49,272 nucleotides of DNA from Chara braunii (taxonomy: Eukaryota; Plantae; Charophyceae), in assembly GCA_003427395.1 (NCBI GenBank), contig BFEA01000001.1:11838534-11887805 (forward strand), given 5' to 3'. The notes below the pieces were generated by a model, which searched no databases, was not told where the DNA came from, and was given only the letters and a program-made list of their open reading frames with translations. A program made the position numbers and the translations under genes. Of this stretch, positions 24,641 through 37,437 are shown one piece after another. How positions within the stretch are numbered: the stretch's first letter is position 1; each line of letters begins with the position of its first letter.

Positions 24641-27110
24641 TACACACATAATAACAGTCTGAATATTTTATTTTTATTGTTAATAAAAAATAAAAAAATA
24701 AAAGTTAAAAATTAAAAATCAAAAACTAAATTAAAAATTAAAAAATAATAATAATAAAAAATAGTAATAATATTAGAAATATAAAATATATAAATAATTA
24801 GGGTAACTGACATTCGGGACAGGCTGAATGCTCAAACCCGAACGCTCGAACGTGTGGGACCCCTTGAGGATGCGTTCGGCCGTTCAGGCCGAACGCAGAA
24901 CAAAAAATAAAAATAAAAAAATCTAAAATAAATTTGAAAAAAAAAAAGTTATGGAAAAAAAAAAAAACATTTACTCGAGCATTACATCCAAATTTTTTAC
25001 CAAATTTGAAATAAAATTTAAAAATAGAAAATAAAACTAATAAAAAGAAAGAAAAAATAAAAAGTGAATTATTATTATTATTTTTTTAACATGAGGCAAC
25101 ATGTCTTGTTCATATTTAAGAATTTAAGAAATATGAATTTCTTATAAATAACCTTTGACATCCACATAAATAACAATAACTTGCTTTTCAATTGAGATTT
25201 GATTATTTTGTGGTTGTTTTAATACTTTTTTTATTCTCGCGCCATCGTTTAATAAATACTGAGTGGCAACATCAAGATGTGAACCAAATTGAGCAAAAGC
25301 GGCGACTTCATGATATTATGCAAGTTATAGCTTAACACTACCGCACACTCGTTTCATAGTTTTCAATTGAGTTGCAGAACCTACATTAAGGCATATGCTC
25401 TCAAATTTAAACTTCACTTACGGGCTAGTAAGGTTTTTGCTATAGCATGCAAAAACCTAAAGATACCACGTATTGGTTGATAACCAGGTTCCGAAATCCA
25501 GACTCTTAGCTTGCTCTTTTGGACCACATTTCGTCGTATAGGCTCGCTTGAGTAGAAACGTCCGGCCAGAGTGGTTGAACACACTCGAAAAGACTTACCA
25601 AAGTCTATACGATACCTACACGGGAACATATTTTTGCCAAGTCACATATTTAAATGCTTTCTCTTATCTTTCTTTTATTTTAATAGGTCGTACGTGAGAC
25701 CATATAAATAAGAGATAAAAGAATAAACACATAATTTAGTCACGGCGAGCCCAACCTTCAAAAAAAAAAACAAATGGTTGGACCATGCAGGGGATGAGAA
25801 TACCCCTCTTAAAATCAATCAAAGAAATACGTTACTGTTCCATCTACGCAGCGGACGAGACTCACCCATAAGACGCAAATTAAATAAATATGCAGTCGAA
25901 CTATTCAATCATGGGATGAGAACGACTCTTCAAAATAGCAAATCAAACATGTAGTCAACCCATTTGCGTAGGAAACGGGAACGAACCTTTTAAAAAATTA
26001 AAGAAGATAAACGACTTAATCATCCACATAGGGGATGAGGACAACCACTGAAAAGTCAAGTTCGTTCATATAAGTAGCTCATATAGTTATAATTTTGACT
26101 AAGTTCAAATCCACCAAATTTTTATGGACTAAGTTCCCATCCACCGATATGGGGTTGGTTCGGTGGATGGGCTAATGTACTTGGCACAATGGTTGTTCTT
26201 AGGGGACAACCCTAACTCTCAACCCACATCTTAGTGTGGTGCTTTGCTTCGAACCGACTGAGCTTGTAGGTCAGTTAATCTTTGGCTAGGAGTAATTTTG
26301 GTTTCCTTTGTTTTTAGGGAAGGAATATTTGTTTTTCCAGGAATGCTGTTGGCTTTTGGTAGGACTAAGATGGTAAGTGTTTGAATTCTTCGAGATTATT
26401 ATGATAAAGGGTCGCTGGACCTGGTTTACCCAGTATTTTCCAAGTTGTTTGTGAGGAATTCCTGCCCTCAACCTTTCAAATTTGCAATGAAATGCTACAG
26501 GGTCTGGCCACACCAATATCGAAACATGAGTTTTCGACGTTTTATCTTCGCCACACGGACTGCCGAAGAAAAAATGTTGAAACCACTTCAACATTTGTCA
26601 GAAAAATGGTTTCGAATCAGTGTGAAAGCTCCGGCTTGCGGCGACATGTTTTTCGACATCAGCTGTTTCAGCTAGTGGAAGGTGTGCCGATTTCGATATG
26701 TGTCACGATTGCTGTGCTAACACAGGTTTAACATTGGTTTCTTGTGTTTCGACAACCATTGTTGGAAAACGCCGCCATTCACACATTTCAACTTTTTTTT
26801 TTTTTTTTTTTTTTTGGTTGCACATAATTGGAACACCTGCCCTCAATACATACATTCATTTCCAATTTGACATTTGTGGCCTTGGCCACACAGCATGTCG
26901 AACCATCGCCAATTGTTCGGCGGCCTTGATATTACAAGTCTTCGACTCCAGCTGTGTGGCGAAGGCAGCATTTTTGTCAAAACCACCAATGTCGAAACTG
27001 GTCTGACAGGTGTCGAAAACTCCCCGGTTTCGACACTGGTGGCGAGGTCCACAATCTTGCATTAAAAAAAAAAAAAAAAAAATCTATTTTCACGGGTTTC
27101 GAGAAATGGT

Positions 27111-27230
27111 GTGGCCTAGCTGAGTTGGTACACCCCTGAACTGTTGAAATACAGACCTGAGTTCAAACTCCACTGAAAGTAGACGAGTGAGATACTACAA
27201 TTCTTAATTACCTAGGGCCTGTCAGCTCGA
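27111..27230 (+). mobile_element. tRNA-derived SINE-like fragment (duplicated at 27411-27516)
   Basis: A-box-like TAGCTGAGTTGG and B-box-like GAGTTCAAACTC; a diverged direct copy lies ~290 bp downstream. Confidence 0.5.
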
Positions 27231-27565
27231 TGATGATATCCTTTTTTTTAATTTTTTTAATTTGCTTTTAGGGTATTATCATAGGACTAACCAGCTCATG
27301 TAAATTCAATCATGTGTCTAATCTGACACGGGGTAGCCTTATTGCCATCAGGACCCCCAGTGGGCGACACCGGCCAGGGGACAGCTGGTAGCAGAGGGAC
27401 GGAGCATCGGATTGGTACACCCCTGAACTCTTGAAATACAGAGCAGAGTTCAAGCGCCACTGGAAGCAGAGGAGTGAAATTCTACAATTCTGAAATTACC
27501 TAGGGCCGGTCAGTTCTATGAAAGCAATTCGAGGACGTCACCCTTTCCTTATATTAAGAGGCCCA

Positions 27566-27675
27566 GCGGCCTTAGCTCATTTAGTAAGGCACTCAAGTGG
27601 CATTCAGGAGGTCATGGGCTCGATCCCCGTTGGCCTCATGTACCTTCCTGGGCATGCTTGGCACCTGCCACCTAG
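27566..27675 (+). mobile_element. tRNA-derived SINE head
   Basis: GCGGCCTTAGCTCATTTAGTAAGGCAC...GGGCTCGATCCCC...CATGTACCTTCCTGGGCA; homologous to the reverse complement of 28503-28610. Confidence 0.6.
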
Positions 27676-28233
27676 CAGTCTGGGGTAATCAGGGAGGCAC
27701 AGCCACTGGGCACTCAGATGAATTTCGATGGTGTGGCGAGGCCCCTACTACCACCACGAAACTACACAAAAGTAAGCTGACTCGAATATGCTTAGGGAGC
27801 ATAATAACTACAGGGAGCTTTACGTGTCGAAGGCAAACGGCGGGGGCGAGGCGGTAACGAACGGCCTCCTTCGCGCCATCGCGCTGGTGCTGTGAGGTAA
27901 GTCGACGGGGCGGAACACTGATAGAAGTCTGCTCCGAAAAAAAGGAAAATTGAAGTCTGCTGCTAAATTTGGCGTATAGAGTAGGTATGCGTTTGCTCAA
28001 GTTGTTGTGGGAACTGAAGTTGGGACCACGCGAATGATCTTTCAGGGAGCACGCGCGCTAGTTGGTGAAACGCGCCCGCTGTACGAGGTGGTGACTTGTA
28101 GGGCATCCCCACACTACTGTCAAAATGTGAAAACGACAAAAATGTGTCGGGTCCATCTGGCCATCTTGTAGAAGTAATGTTGCCCAACCAATTCAAATAC
28201 CTACCGAATGTGGACAGGACGGCCTTTCAGGCC

Positions 28234-28610
28234 TTTATTATTGTCATTATAGTTATACGGGGAACCCCGTGGCAGCCAGATCCGTGCTCCAAGCCTCCAA
28301 CGAGGGAACATGCGGGAGCTGCACCCACCAGCAGGTGCGATACCTGCTACAGCAGGTGGGATATACCGGCCAGGGGTCAGGCGGTAGCATCAGGACCGGG
28401 CTTCTTCGATGGGCCAGTCACCGTGCCTTCCTCCGGTCCCCTTCCCCTATGAACATCAGCAGTCTCTGCTCAATGGCACTCGGGGGGACCAACGGCATAT
28501 CTCTAGGTGGCGGGCGCCCAGCTTGCCCAGGAAGGTACATGAGTGGATGGGGATTGAACCCAAGACCTCCTGGATGCCACTTCCGTGCCTTACCAACTGA
28601 ACTAGGCCGC
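28234..28610 (-). mobile_element. tRNA-derived SINE, apparently complete (~380 bp)
   Basis: Minus strand: GCGGCCTAGTTCAGTTGGTAAGGCAC (A-box)...GGGTTCAATCCC (B-box), GC-rich body and an (ATA)-like tail ATAACTATAATGACAATAATAAA. Confidence 0.65.
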
Positions 28611-29986
28611 CGGAGAGTGGTGTGGAGACGATGCCCGTATGCACAGGGAACAAAAAACTTTCCCGCGACAGATTGGCACCCCACCAGCTAGCGCTACCGG
28701 TAGTTGGCGTGCGCCTGAATCTTGCATAACCTGCCCGGCCCGCCTATTGTTGCCACGTGCCTGCGCCAATCGTAGGCTCCTAAGGGCGGGACGATCGGAA
28801 AAATGCTCGAAACCAATCGCGCATAACCACCAACCGCCAATTTCTTCATTGCCGCGCCCGCCGTGGCCGCCGTGCCCGAGCAGCAAGGCGCCCCGACGCG
28901 CGTCTCTGTCCGACTCTCGCGTGGATCTCGTTCCCCTCGAGTTCCCCCGCCGGTGCCCCCTCTTGTCTCGCGTTAGGACCTCCGGCCCTTTTCTGCTTTC
29001 TCCTCTGCCCCGACCCCACCAGCAGGGATCATCTCTTCCGCCCTCCCGCTCTCCTCGTCACTGCCAACTGTTCTGAATCGTCGGGGAATCTAGACTGTCC
29101 GTCTCTCGCTTGCCACGTAGACAAGCATTGGCGCCCAGTACATTCCTGGCGGCCAATTACGTTGTCCACGTCGTTGGCTGACGGAGCAGGGCGCACTTCG
29201 CGTGCCGCCTTTCGCCTCACCGCCTCGTCGGCGCGCTGCGAGGCCGCGAGGCGTGCCAAATTCAGCGCCGCGGCAACCACGCCAAATCAAATCTGTTGAC
29301 GATCGCGAAATTGATCTCGCCGGTCCTGTCTCTAAAGAAGGCAAAAACTTCGGCGGGAAGAGTTCGACAAGTCTTCTCTCTCTTTCTCTCTCTGTCTCTC
29401 GCACGCGGACACAGACAGACACACACACACACACACACGCAAATAAACACGCCGGTGCATACCTGTCTTTATCTGTGCAGCCAATCTGGCGGAGAAGGTG
29501 CTGGAGTGAAGAGGAGGAAACGAAGGAAAGCGCTGACCTGCGGGACCACGTACCAATTTGTACAGCAGTCTTTGAACGGGAGGGACATAACCTTTGTTCG
29601 TTCTAAGAAGTCTGTGTTATCTCCTTGTGATGCGTGCAGTCGATAGGACAGGGAAGAGGCCTACAGGCGTGGGGAGGGAGGAGGGAAACAGAGGACAGGA
29701 GCTGCTGCTCTCTCCTCGCCGTCGTGGCGCAAGAACGCCATGTGATTCAAAGTAAGCTGGCATTGTGGGCAGTGGCATGCTGCTGGCTGTGTCAACAGGA
29801 GGAACAAGATTTTGATAGCGGTGCTACCGTTTCTCCTTCGGCAATACCAACCGATACCAACGGCAGTAGCATCTTCCTCAGGACGGGGAAAGGAATAACC
29901 AGCAGAAGGACATTCCTGTTCATTGGTACATCCCATCAAAGACAACCGGGTAGCAGGAGTCAGGAGTTCGAGCATCGGAAACAGCC

Positions 29987-30119
29987 ATGAGTGCCATTGC
30001 TGGAGTGGAGTTTGATCACCTCTTCAAGCTGCTTCTAATTGGTGATTCTGGAGTCGGGAAGAGTAGTCTGCTACTGCGTTTCACGACTAATACGTTCGAT
30101 GATCTCTCGCCGACGATTG
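29987..30119 (+). CDS. RAB18: Rab18/RABC small GTPase, coding exon 1
   Basis: [45 protein letters not shown] (P-loop); ATG context GCCATGA; donor G|GTACGT; phase 1. Confidence 0.95.
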
Positions 30120-30338
30120 GTACGTAATGCTCTTCTTCTTCTTCTTCTTCTTCTTCTTCTTCTTGGCCGCGAGGCTGGCTCGTTGTAAGCTCCTCCTGAA
30201 GACGACCAGGAGGAGCGCACCTGATCGAAACTCGGAGGAGAATGTGCATTACGTTTGCGGAGAGTGGTACGTGCGAGATGTAATGATCAATTTGGAAGCG
30301 TGTGCGAAGGGGACAGCTTCGGCCACTGCTTATCACTA

Positions 30339-30370
<32 letters not shown>

Positions 30371-31499
30371 CTTCTTCTTCTTCTTCTTTTGGTGGGTGCC
30401 GTAAGGCGGTTTAGGGAGAAGGCCCCTGATGAGTGCCAGGTGCACGTGCGTAGGGCAATGAGCGCGTTTCTTCTGAGCGGAGTGCATGCGGATGTACATG
30501 GAATTTTCTGACGAAGCGTGCACGAAGGACAGTCTATGGCCTCTGTTTATCACTGTTCTTCTTCTTCTGCTTCTTTCTGCTGCTGTTGCTTGCAGATCAG
30601 ATAATGATGGTAATCGTTTGTTCCTCCTCATCTAGTCCCACTCAACCCGCCTATCTCCTGATTCTGCCTTTATCACCTTTTCTTCTTCCGATCCATCTTT
30701 CCCTTCTACTCTTTTCGGGATTCCCCATCAGCCTCCCCTTGTCCTCTCGCGTGCCGTATAACTCGGGGCATCCTCATGCGAGGACTTTTCCCAACTGAAC
30801 CTCGGTTCGATTACGCTCAAGCGCGCACCAGGAAAGTCCTGGCGTGAGCTTGATCTGAAGTCCTGGTGCGAGCTTGTTCTTTGAGGTGGAAATTAAATGT
30901 AATGATTTTTGCATTGGCCCCTTTCGTCGTCGTAGTCTTCAGCATCTTCGTCTATGTCTGTACTCCTGCTTTCCTCATCTCCATCGCATACGATTTCATG
31001 TCCATCCCGCTGTCAGATCAGTTTTACTTCCTTCTTTCTGTCTGAACCCTCTCTCATTCTCTCTCTCTCTCTCCCCTATTCTCTGCCGCTCTTGTTGTTT
31101 GTCTGTCTGTCTATCTGTCTGTTTCTCTGTCTATCTGTCTGTCTGTCTTCCTCTGTCCCTCTCTCCTCCTCTCGCTGTTTTCGGTTGAGCACTCGTCTCG
31201 CGCCTTTCGGAAACCTTGCCCCATTCTCCTCTGCTCTTTGCGAGTTCCTTTCTCAGTCCTTTCCTCGATCTCTCAGGTCTTTGTCTCTGTCCGCGTGTCC
31301 CCATGTCTTTCGCATTCTCCGTCCCTGCTGTTTAAAATCTCTGCTATCAGGTCGCGGTAGACTCTCTCTACTCCTGTTTATCGCCAGTTTACGACCTTGT
31401 GCCTGCGCACGGATCGATACACTTTGCGTACACACTCATGCAGCTGTATTCGCGTCGGACAGAAAGTAAATTCCTGAGCTTCAGCTATCGACCACCTTC

Positions 31500-31556
<57 letters not shown>

Positions 31557-31707
31557 NNNNNNNNNNNNNNNNNNNNNNNNNNNNNNNNNNNNNNNNNNNN
31601 NNNNNNNNNNNNNNNNNNNNNNNNNNNNNNNNNNNNNNNNNNNNNNNNNNNNNNNNNNNNNNNNNNNNNNNNNNNNNNNNNNNNNNNNNNNNNNNNNNNN
31701 NNNNNNN

Positions 31708-31799
<92 letters not shown>

Positions 31800-32208
31800 G
31801 GAGAGGGGGTATAGTGATAGATTATTCTGAGCGAGACGCATGTAGACGATGTTCGTGTACTTCTTTCGCAATCTTCGTTTTCTTTGCGTTTTTTTTTTTC
31901 CCGATCCTGGAGAATTTGCTTCTACACGTACAAAAAAGGAAAAAATAATGGCACAGAAATTCAATTCAATTCTCTCCCCTTCGTTGAGGCGAATAGGGGA
32001 AAAATGAGCATCTCGTTATGGGGCTCCCGTCTTTGTTACCAGTGCCTTCCTCTCTTCCACGTTTCGCCCTGTCTCTTGTTTCTGTTCGTGTTTTTGCTAT
32101 TTCACTCGAACCTACTTTGTAGATTTTCATGGATGTGCACTCACACGAAAGTACCCGCAGGCACTAACACAGCACATAACACTCACACACGCACGGATAC
32201 ACACACAC

Positions 32209-32250
<42 letters not shown>

Positions 32251-32251
32251 C

Positions 32252-32316
<65 letters not shown>

Positions 32317-32369
32317 CCGCAGGCACTACACAGCACATAACACTCACACACGCACGGATACACACACAC

Positions 32370-32439
<70 letters not shown>

Positions 32440-34543
32440 AACGCAAGTCACAGATGTTACATGGCAGAACAAGAAAAAGAAGAACAGTTGCATGGACGAG
32501 CAGTCACACCTCTCTCTCTCTCTATTCTTGTATCAATCTATCCATCTACCTGTGTATCAGTCAATCTATCTATCTATCTATCTATCTATTTGTGTAACAA
32601 TCAATCAATCAGTCTTCTCTCTCTGTCTCTCTGTGTCGGTGTCTGCGTGCATGCGTCGGTGTACGTGCTGTGTGAGACCTCTGCTGGCGACGTTGAGTGC
32701 TGGATAGTGGCGCACGCGGTTTAGATCATGCTGCCTCTGCACGTCACGGCATCTCACCTCTGTTATCATTGGCATTGTCCCAGACATCATCGTCGTTGTC
32801 ATCGTCAGGAAATCTGTCCTTTTTTTTTTTCTTTCGCTTCCTCCCCTTTCTCTCTCCTTGAGAATTTCACTTCGTCTTTTCCCCGTTGCTTTGCTCGCTT
32901 TCGATCCACTCGCCTTGTTCACACTCTACCCTCTTGTTACGTTTCTATCCTCTGCCCGACCCCTGCTGTTGAAACAGGTGCGAAAGCAAGGCCTGTCATG
33001 CCATTCTCTCCCCCCCTCTTCTCTCTTTCATAAATCGATCATACAGTCAATCGATGGACGGCAATACGGGAACGTAGCCCTATAAGTCTATTTTTTTCCA
33101 GTCTGCAGTCCATGTATGCGTGTTTCCAAAAATAGAACATCGATTGAACGGAGCAGAGGAAACACATTAACCTATGGAAAGAGGGATAGGAGTAGGTTAG
33201 GTGATATGAAAGTGATTAGAATGTGTTGGGAGAATATATGGACAAGAAAATTCCAGAGGGAAGAAAAAAAAAATGCTAAGGTAGATACGTGATGAAAAGG
33301 TAAATAGAGGCCAAGGAGAGTGTTGGTTGCCAGCGGCTGGGGCAGAAGTAGACTGGAAAACACTTGGAAAGAGAAACTGCATGTGGAAGCTTGAATTACT
33401 GTATTAGGCTATATATCGTCAAACAGAACTGCCCGTTAAATCGGTAAACCGTAGGAGAGAGGGAGAGGGAGAGGGAGAGGGAGAGGAGGACAACAAACGA
33501 GGGGCTGTGACAAACTGCATCGGATTTTCAGGGACGAATCAGGAGGCTGAACCCTCTACAGTCTGCAGAGTCCCCTAGCCGATTACGCTGTAAGTGATAA
33601 TTCACCTTAACCCCGGTTTGCTTAGAATCAACGCCTGCCCAACAACGGATACCTTGAGGTGGGCACCATCCACTGCCCATATAATAATAAGTCATATAAT
33701 CCTTCATAATGTGGCTAACCGCACTGAAGCCCACACTCAGTACATATGCTCTTTTTTTTTTTGTCTATAACGGGATTCATGAATCGACTGCCATGGATGA
33801 GTGCCGCTCGTGGGGGGGGGGGGGCGGGGGGGGGCGCTGCTGGGTATGCCTTTTCTCAGTCAATAGTTCGTTTTTTAGTTTAACAGGATTAATTAATGGA
33901 TTCTGTAGATATGCAGGAGGGGGGGGAGGGGGTGGAGGGGGTGGCGCTGCTGGGTGTGCCTTTTCTCAGTCAATAGTTCTTTTTTTAGTTTAACAGGACG
34001 TAGATATCTTTGGGCAAGCTATCAGTGGGGTTGCGCTTTTATTCTGGGTACGGGTCATCCTCGCTTCATTTTAAGCTTTGCACTCTTTTCCAACTTGGAC
34101 GTCTTTTTTTAATTAATTATTTTTATTAATTTGGACAATTACTCGATCTATATGGGTGTCCTCCATGCGAAGGTGGCCATGCTCATTATCTCTGTATCTT
34201 TCCAGTTTAGCAGATGTCCCGAAGGACTACTTGGATGTCTTTTGCGCATCCTTGTCATTTTCATATTTGCAAACTATTTTTTGATTTTTTTTTTCTCCCC
34301 CAATTTTCCCCTTTCCTTTTCTTTTTGTATACGTAGTGTTGCTACTATGATCGTCCTGTTTCCTCCCCTCCCCTCCCTCCTTCCCTCCTTTCTTCCAACC
34401 GAGCGATCGATGGAGCTTCATTGTCGAGGAGTGGAGTTGCGGAGCCAAGGCCTCACCAATCCGCATTCTCCGTTTCTGGCCCGTGCTCGCAATCAACCGT
34501 CAGACCGTTATCTCTATTTACCACTTATCAGTATGTTTTGATC

Positions 34544-34794
34544 AGTCGCGACTTCGAACCACGTTTTTTTGAGTTCGAACCACGCGTCCAGTGCGATGAG
34601 TCGCGAGTTCGAACCACGTTTTTTTTGAGTTCGAACCACGTCGAGTGGAATGAGTCGCGAGTTCGAACCACGTTTTTTTGAGTTCGAACCGCGTCGAGTG
34701 CAACGAGTCGCGAGTTCGAACCACGTCGAGTGCGAAACAGGGGCGCGCTAACGAGGTTGATTGATGAGTCGCGCGAGTTCGAACCACGTCGAGT
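34544..34794. repeat. Tandem array of GAGTTCGAACCACG motifs (8 copies, ~53-bp dimeric unit)
   Basis: Unit GAGTCGCGAGTTCGAACCACG-T7/9-GAGTTCGAACCACGTCGAGTG repeated about three times plus partial copies. Confidence 0.85.
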
Positions 34795-35533
34795 GAGAAA
34801 CTCATGTCAATGTGGCGTTTTTCTTTTTTGTTTTTGGTTTCTGTGAAGCGAAGTAACTCACCTCGTTAGCGTGCTCCTGTTGGATGGTCCGATTCACGGA
34901 GCACAGCCTCCTCGTGGCGGAGTAAAAGAATTGGAAAGTTGCACTTTAGTCACTCTGTCCGAATGAACCTGGAAAGCTATGGGGATAAGTGCATGATCGG
35001 TACCGGGGCGTGAAGGCAAGCACCCACACTCTGACAGAGACTGATCTGATACTTGGAAATCTGAAAGCCTAAGGCAGCGCAGATACGTTGCTCAAGGAGT
35101 AGGAGAGGAGGGGGGGGGGGGGAGGGAGGAAAGAGAGAAGAGTAGGACGACATTCTCCGTAGCGATGTCAATCAAGTGTTCCAAGCCCTTGATACTGTGA
35201 CGAAGGTTGTCGGCCGGTCTAGTCTTAAGTTTCAGCCCCTTGAAATTACTAGTGTTCAGTTTTCCTTTCTGTTTGTTTGAGCAACAATGATAAAATATCG
35301 CGCTTCCATACGACGAAGCAGATCACGTATGGAAGTTAATATGGTACGTTTTGGTGTCTTTCTTGCTTGAGGTTGTCTGCTTGCTCTGCCGAGGCTCGCT
35401 CGCTGGTCAATGATTCTTCAAGTTTTTTTTATTTCTGTTCTTTTTGTTTTCCGCTTGTGAAAAGATCTGTTCGTTACGGGTGCGCTGACTGTGTTGCCGT
35501 GGTTCTCGTCCACTGGTTGCTTCCTATATGCAG

Positions 35534-35602
35534 GCGTCGATTTCAAGCTGAAGATGCTTAATTTGAATGGAAAGAGGTTGAAGCTCACGATCTGGGATAC
35601 AG
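35534..35602 (+). CDS. RAB18: Rab18/RABC, coding exon 2
   Basis: CAG|(G)VDFKLKMLNLNGKRLKLTIWDT|GTAGG; phases match the neighbouring exons. Confidence 0.95.
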
Positions 35603-36090
35603 GTAGGTTGGTGGATATTTGTAGGACATCCCCAAGACATACTGTTAGTTCGGGATCTGCTGCTGTGAGCTCCCCTCTTTCCCCCCCCTTTCCCACCCCA
35701 TGCCGCCGGTTTTTCGTTAGCTTGTGAGGTTGTCAGCAAGACGACTAGACGGGCAATGATTTGATTGAAATCAGATCAAGTATGATGATTAAGTTGTGAC
35801 AAAATAGCATAAATGCTGAGGGATTGATCAACGATTGGGTGATTGATCATGCTATGTCGATCGTTTACCTTCCTGCTCTAGTCGTTCGTCTCTGTATTCC
35901 TTATAGCCCCCACAAACCACCTGCGCCCCGTCTCTTCCCATGTGCATCGGCGCAGGTGGGGAAACGATGCCGATTTTGTCAAGATATGCATGCACGGAGG
36001 AGGGTAGAGGGGAGGGGGAGGGGGGGGAAGNNNNNNNNNNNNNNNNNNNNNNNNNNNNNNNNNNNNNNNNNNNNNNNNNNNNNNNNNNNN

Positions 36091-36145
<55 letters not shown>

Positions 36146-36338
36146 AGGAAGGGAGAGGGAGAGAGGAAGGAAGAGAGAAACTAATTATTGAAGGAAGTCA
36201 TGAGGAGTTTGGTGTGTGTGCACTGGCTGAATGGCAAAATGTATGAGGATGTCTGTTTTTTCCTGGTTCGCCTGTGGCATGCCCCATCTAGATCTGCGTT
36301 GACCGTGCTGATTCTTTTTTTTTCATGGCTCATGGCAG

Positions 36339-36404
36339 CTGGACAAGAGCGGTTCCGTACTCTGACAAGTTCTTATTACAGGGGTGCGCAGGGGATCATC
36401 CTGA
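36339..36404 (+). CDS. RAB18: Rab18/RABC, coding exon 3
   Basis: CAG|AGQERFRTLTSSYYRGAQGIIL|GTGAGT (switch II, RabC-type). Confidence 0.95.
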
Positions 36405-37247
36405 GTGAGTTCACTTGTGTCCCGTATCCTTCCCTCTCGCTCTATCTGAAGGTTTATGACAAAGCCCACTCACCACAATCGTGTCCCCTCCCCTTGCTGA
36501 AAACAGAACAAATGTGAATGCAAGCACGAATGCACGTAGAGAAACAAAGAGCAATGATCCCAAAGGAAAATAATACTGAATCCGCTACCTACGCGAATAC
36601 AACCACCCAAGCCCACCAACGTCCACCTTTTGAATACATCAGCACAAAGGCTAGCGGAGATACATTGGCATTGGTGCGCTCCTTTTGGGGGTTGGACATG
36701 GGGAGTTCTCCTAGGCTCAGTGGATTTGTGACTGGGTTAAGAAAGTTGGAACTGATCAAGAAAGTTTTGGCGTCATGCAGATCATGTCCTGTTGGTGGTT
36801 GAAGTAGCTGAATTTGCCATGGGGACAGCACAGAACGTGTGAAAGAACATATTTGTCAAATGACCTGCGGATTTCAGTCTGACAAGCCTGAACCTTTTTA
36901 CTGTGTTTCAGCTGAGAAATGATGTAAATACTAAATTGTGTGTCTTCACTCACTGAGAAGCCTGCGTCTTCCATAGTTTTGTCTGCAATAATTCCCTTGT
37001 CTGCGGCTTGTTGACGTTTTCGGAGCCTTGTTGATGTATGCGGCTACCAACCTTGTATTCGCATGTTCTGAGCTTGGACGCAGTACGTGCAAAAGTTGAG
37101 AACTTTGGGGCTAAGGATCGAAATTTGGTCCAGCGCTGGACCTGCGAACAGCAAAGGTTTTAATCTACGGAGTTGTAATCTGGACAGTACAGGGACATCC
37201 AGGTAGATTAGAAGGGTCCAGTAAGAGTCTCCACTAAAAAACACGTG

Positions 37248-37437
37248 TTAAACCACAAGTACACCCGGGCCTGCTTACTGCGCGCCAAGCTTTTCCGAAC
37301 CGACAGTGGCGCACTTTTTCCCTTTTTTGGCTGGCACAGCCACCCATCGTGGGCCGGGGTAGGCCGAGCCCCCAAAGTTTTTCTTAGGCTACGAGTTTCT
37401 TTTTCAGCAAGGCTGGGGCCGTGTACGGGCGGTTTAA
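37248..37437. mobile_element. MITE, TTAA-ACC terminus family
   Basis: TTAAACCACAAGTACAC ... GTGTACGGGCGGTTTAA; internal similarity to 47480-47697. Confidence 0.6.

Noticed and set aside
27566-28610. Functional tRNA genes
   Set aside because: No closed acceptor or anticodon stems, and homology between copies continues past the tRNA-like part, as expected for SINEs.
34544-34794. CRISPR-like array
   Set aside because: The intervening sequences are repeated rather than unique spacers, the context is a eukaryotic intron, and there are no cas genes.
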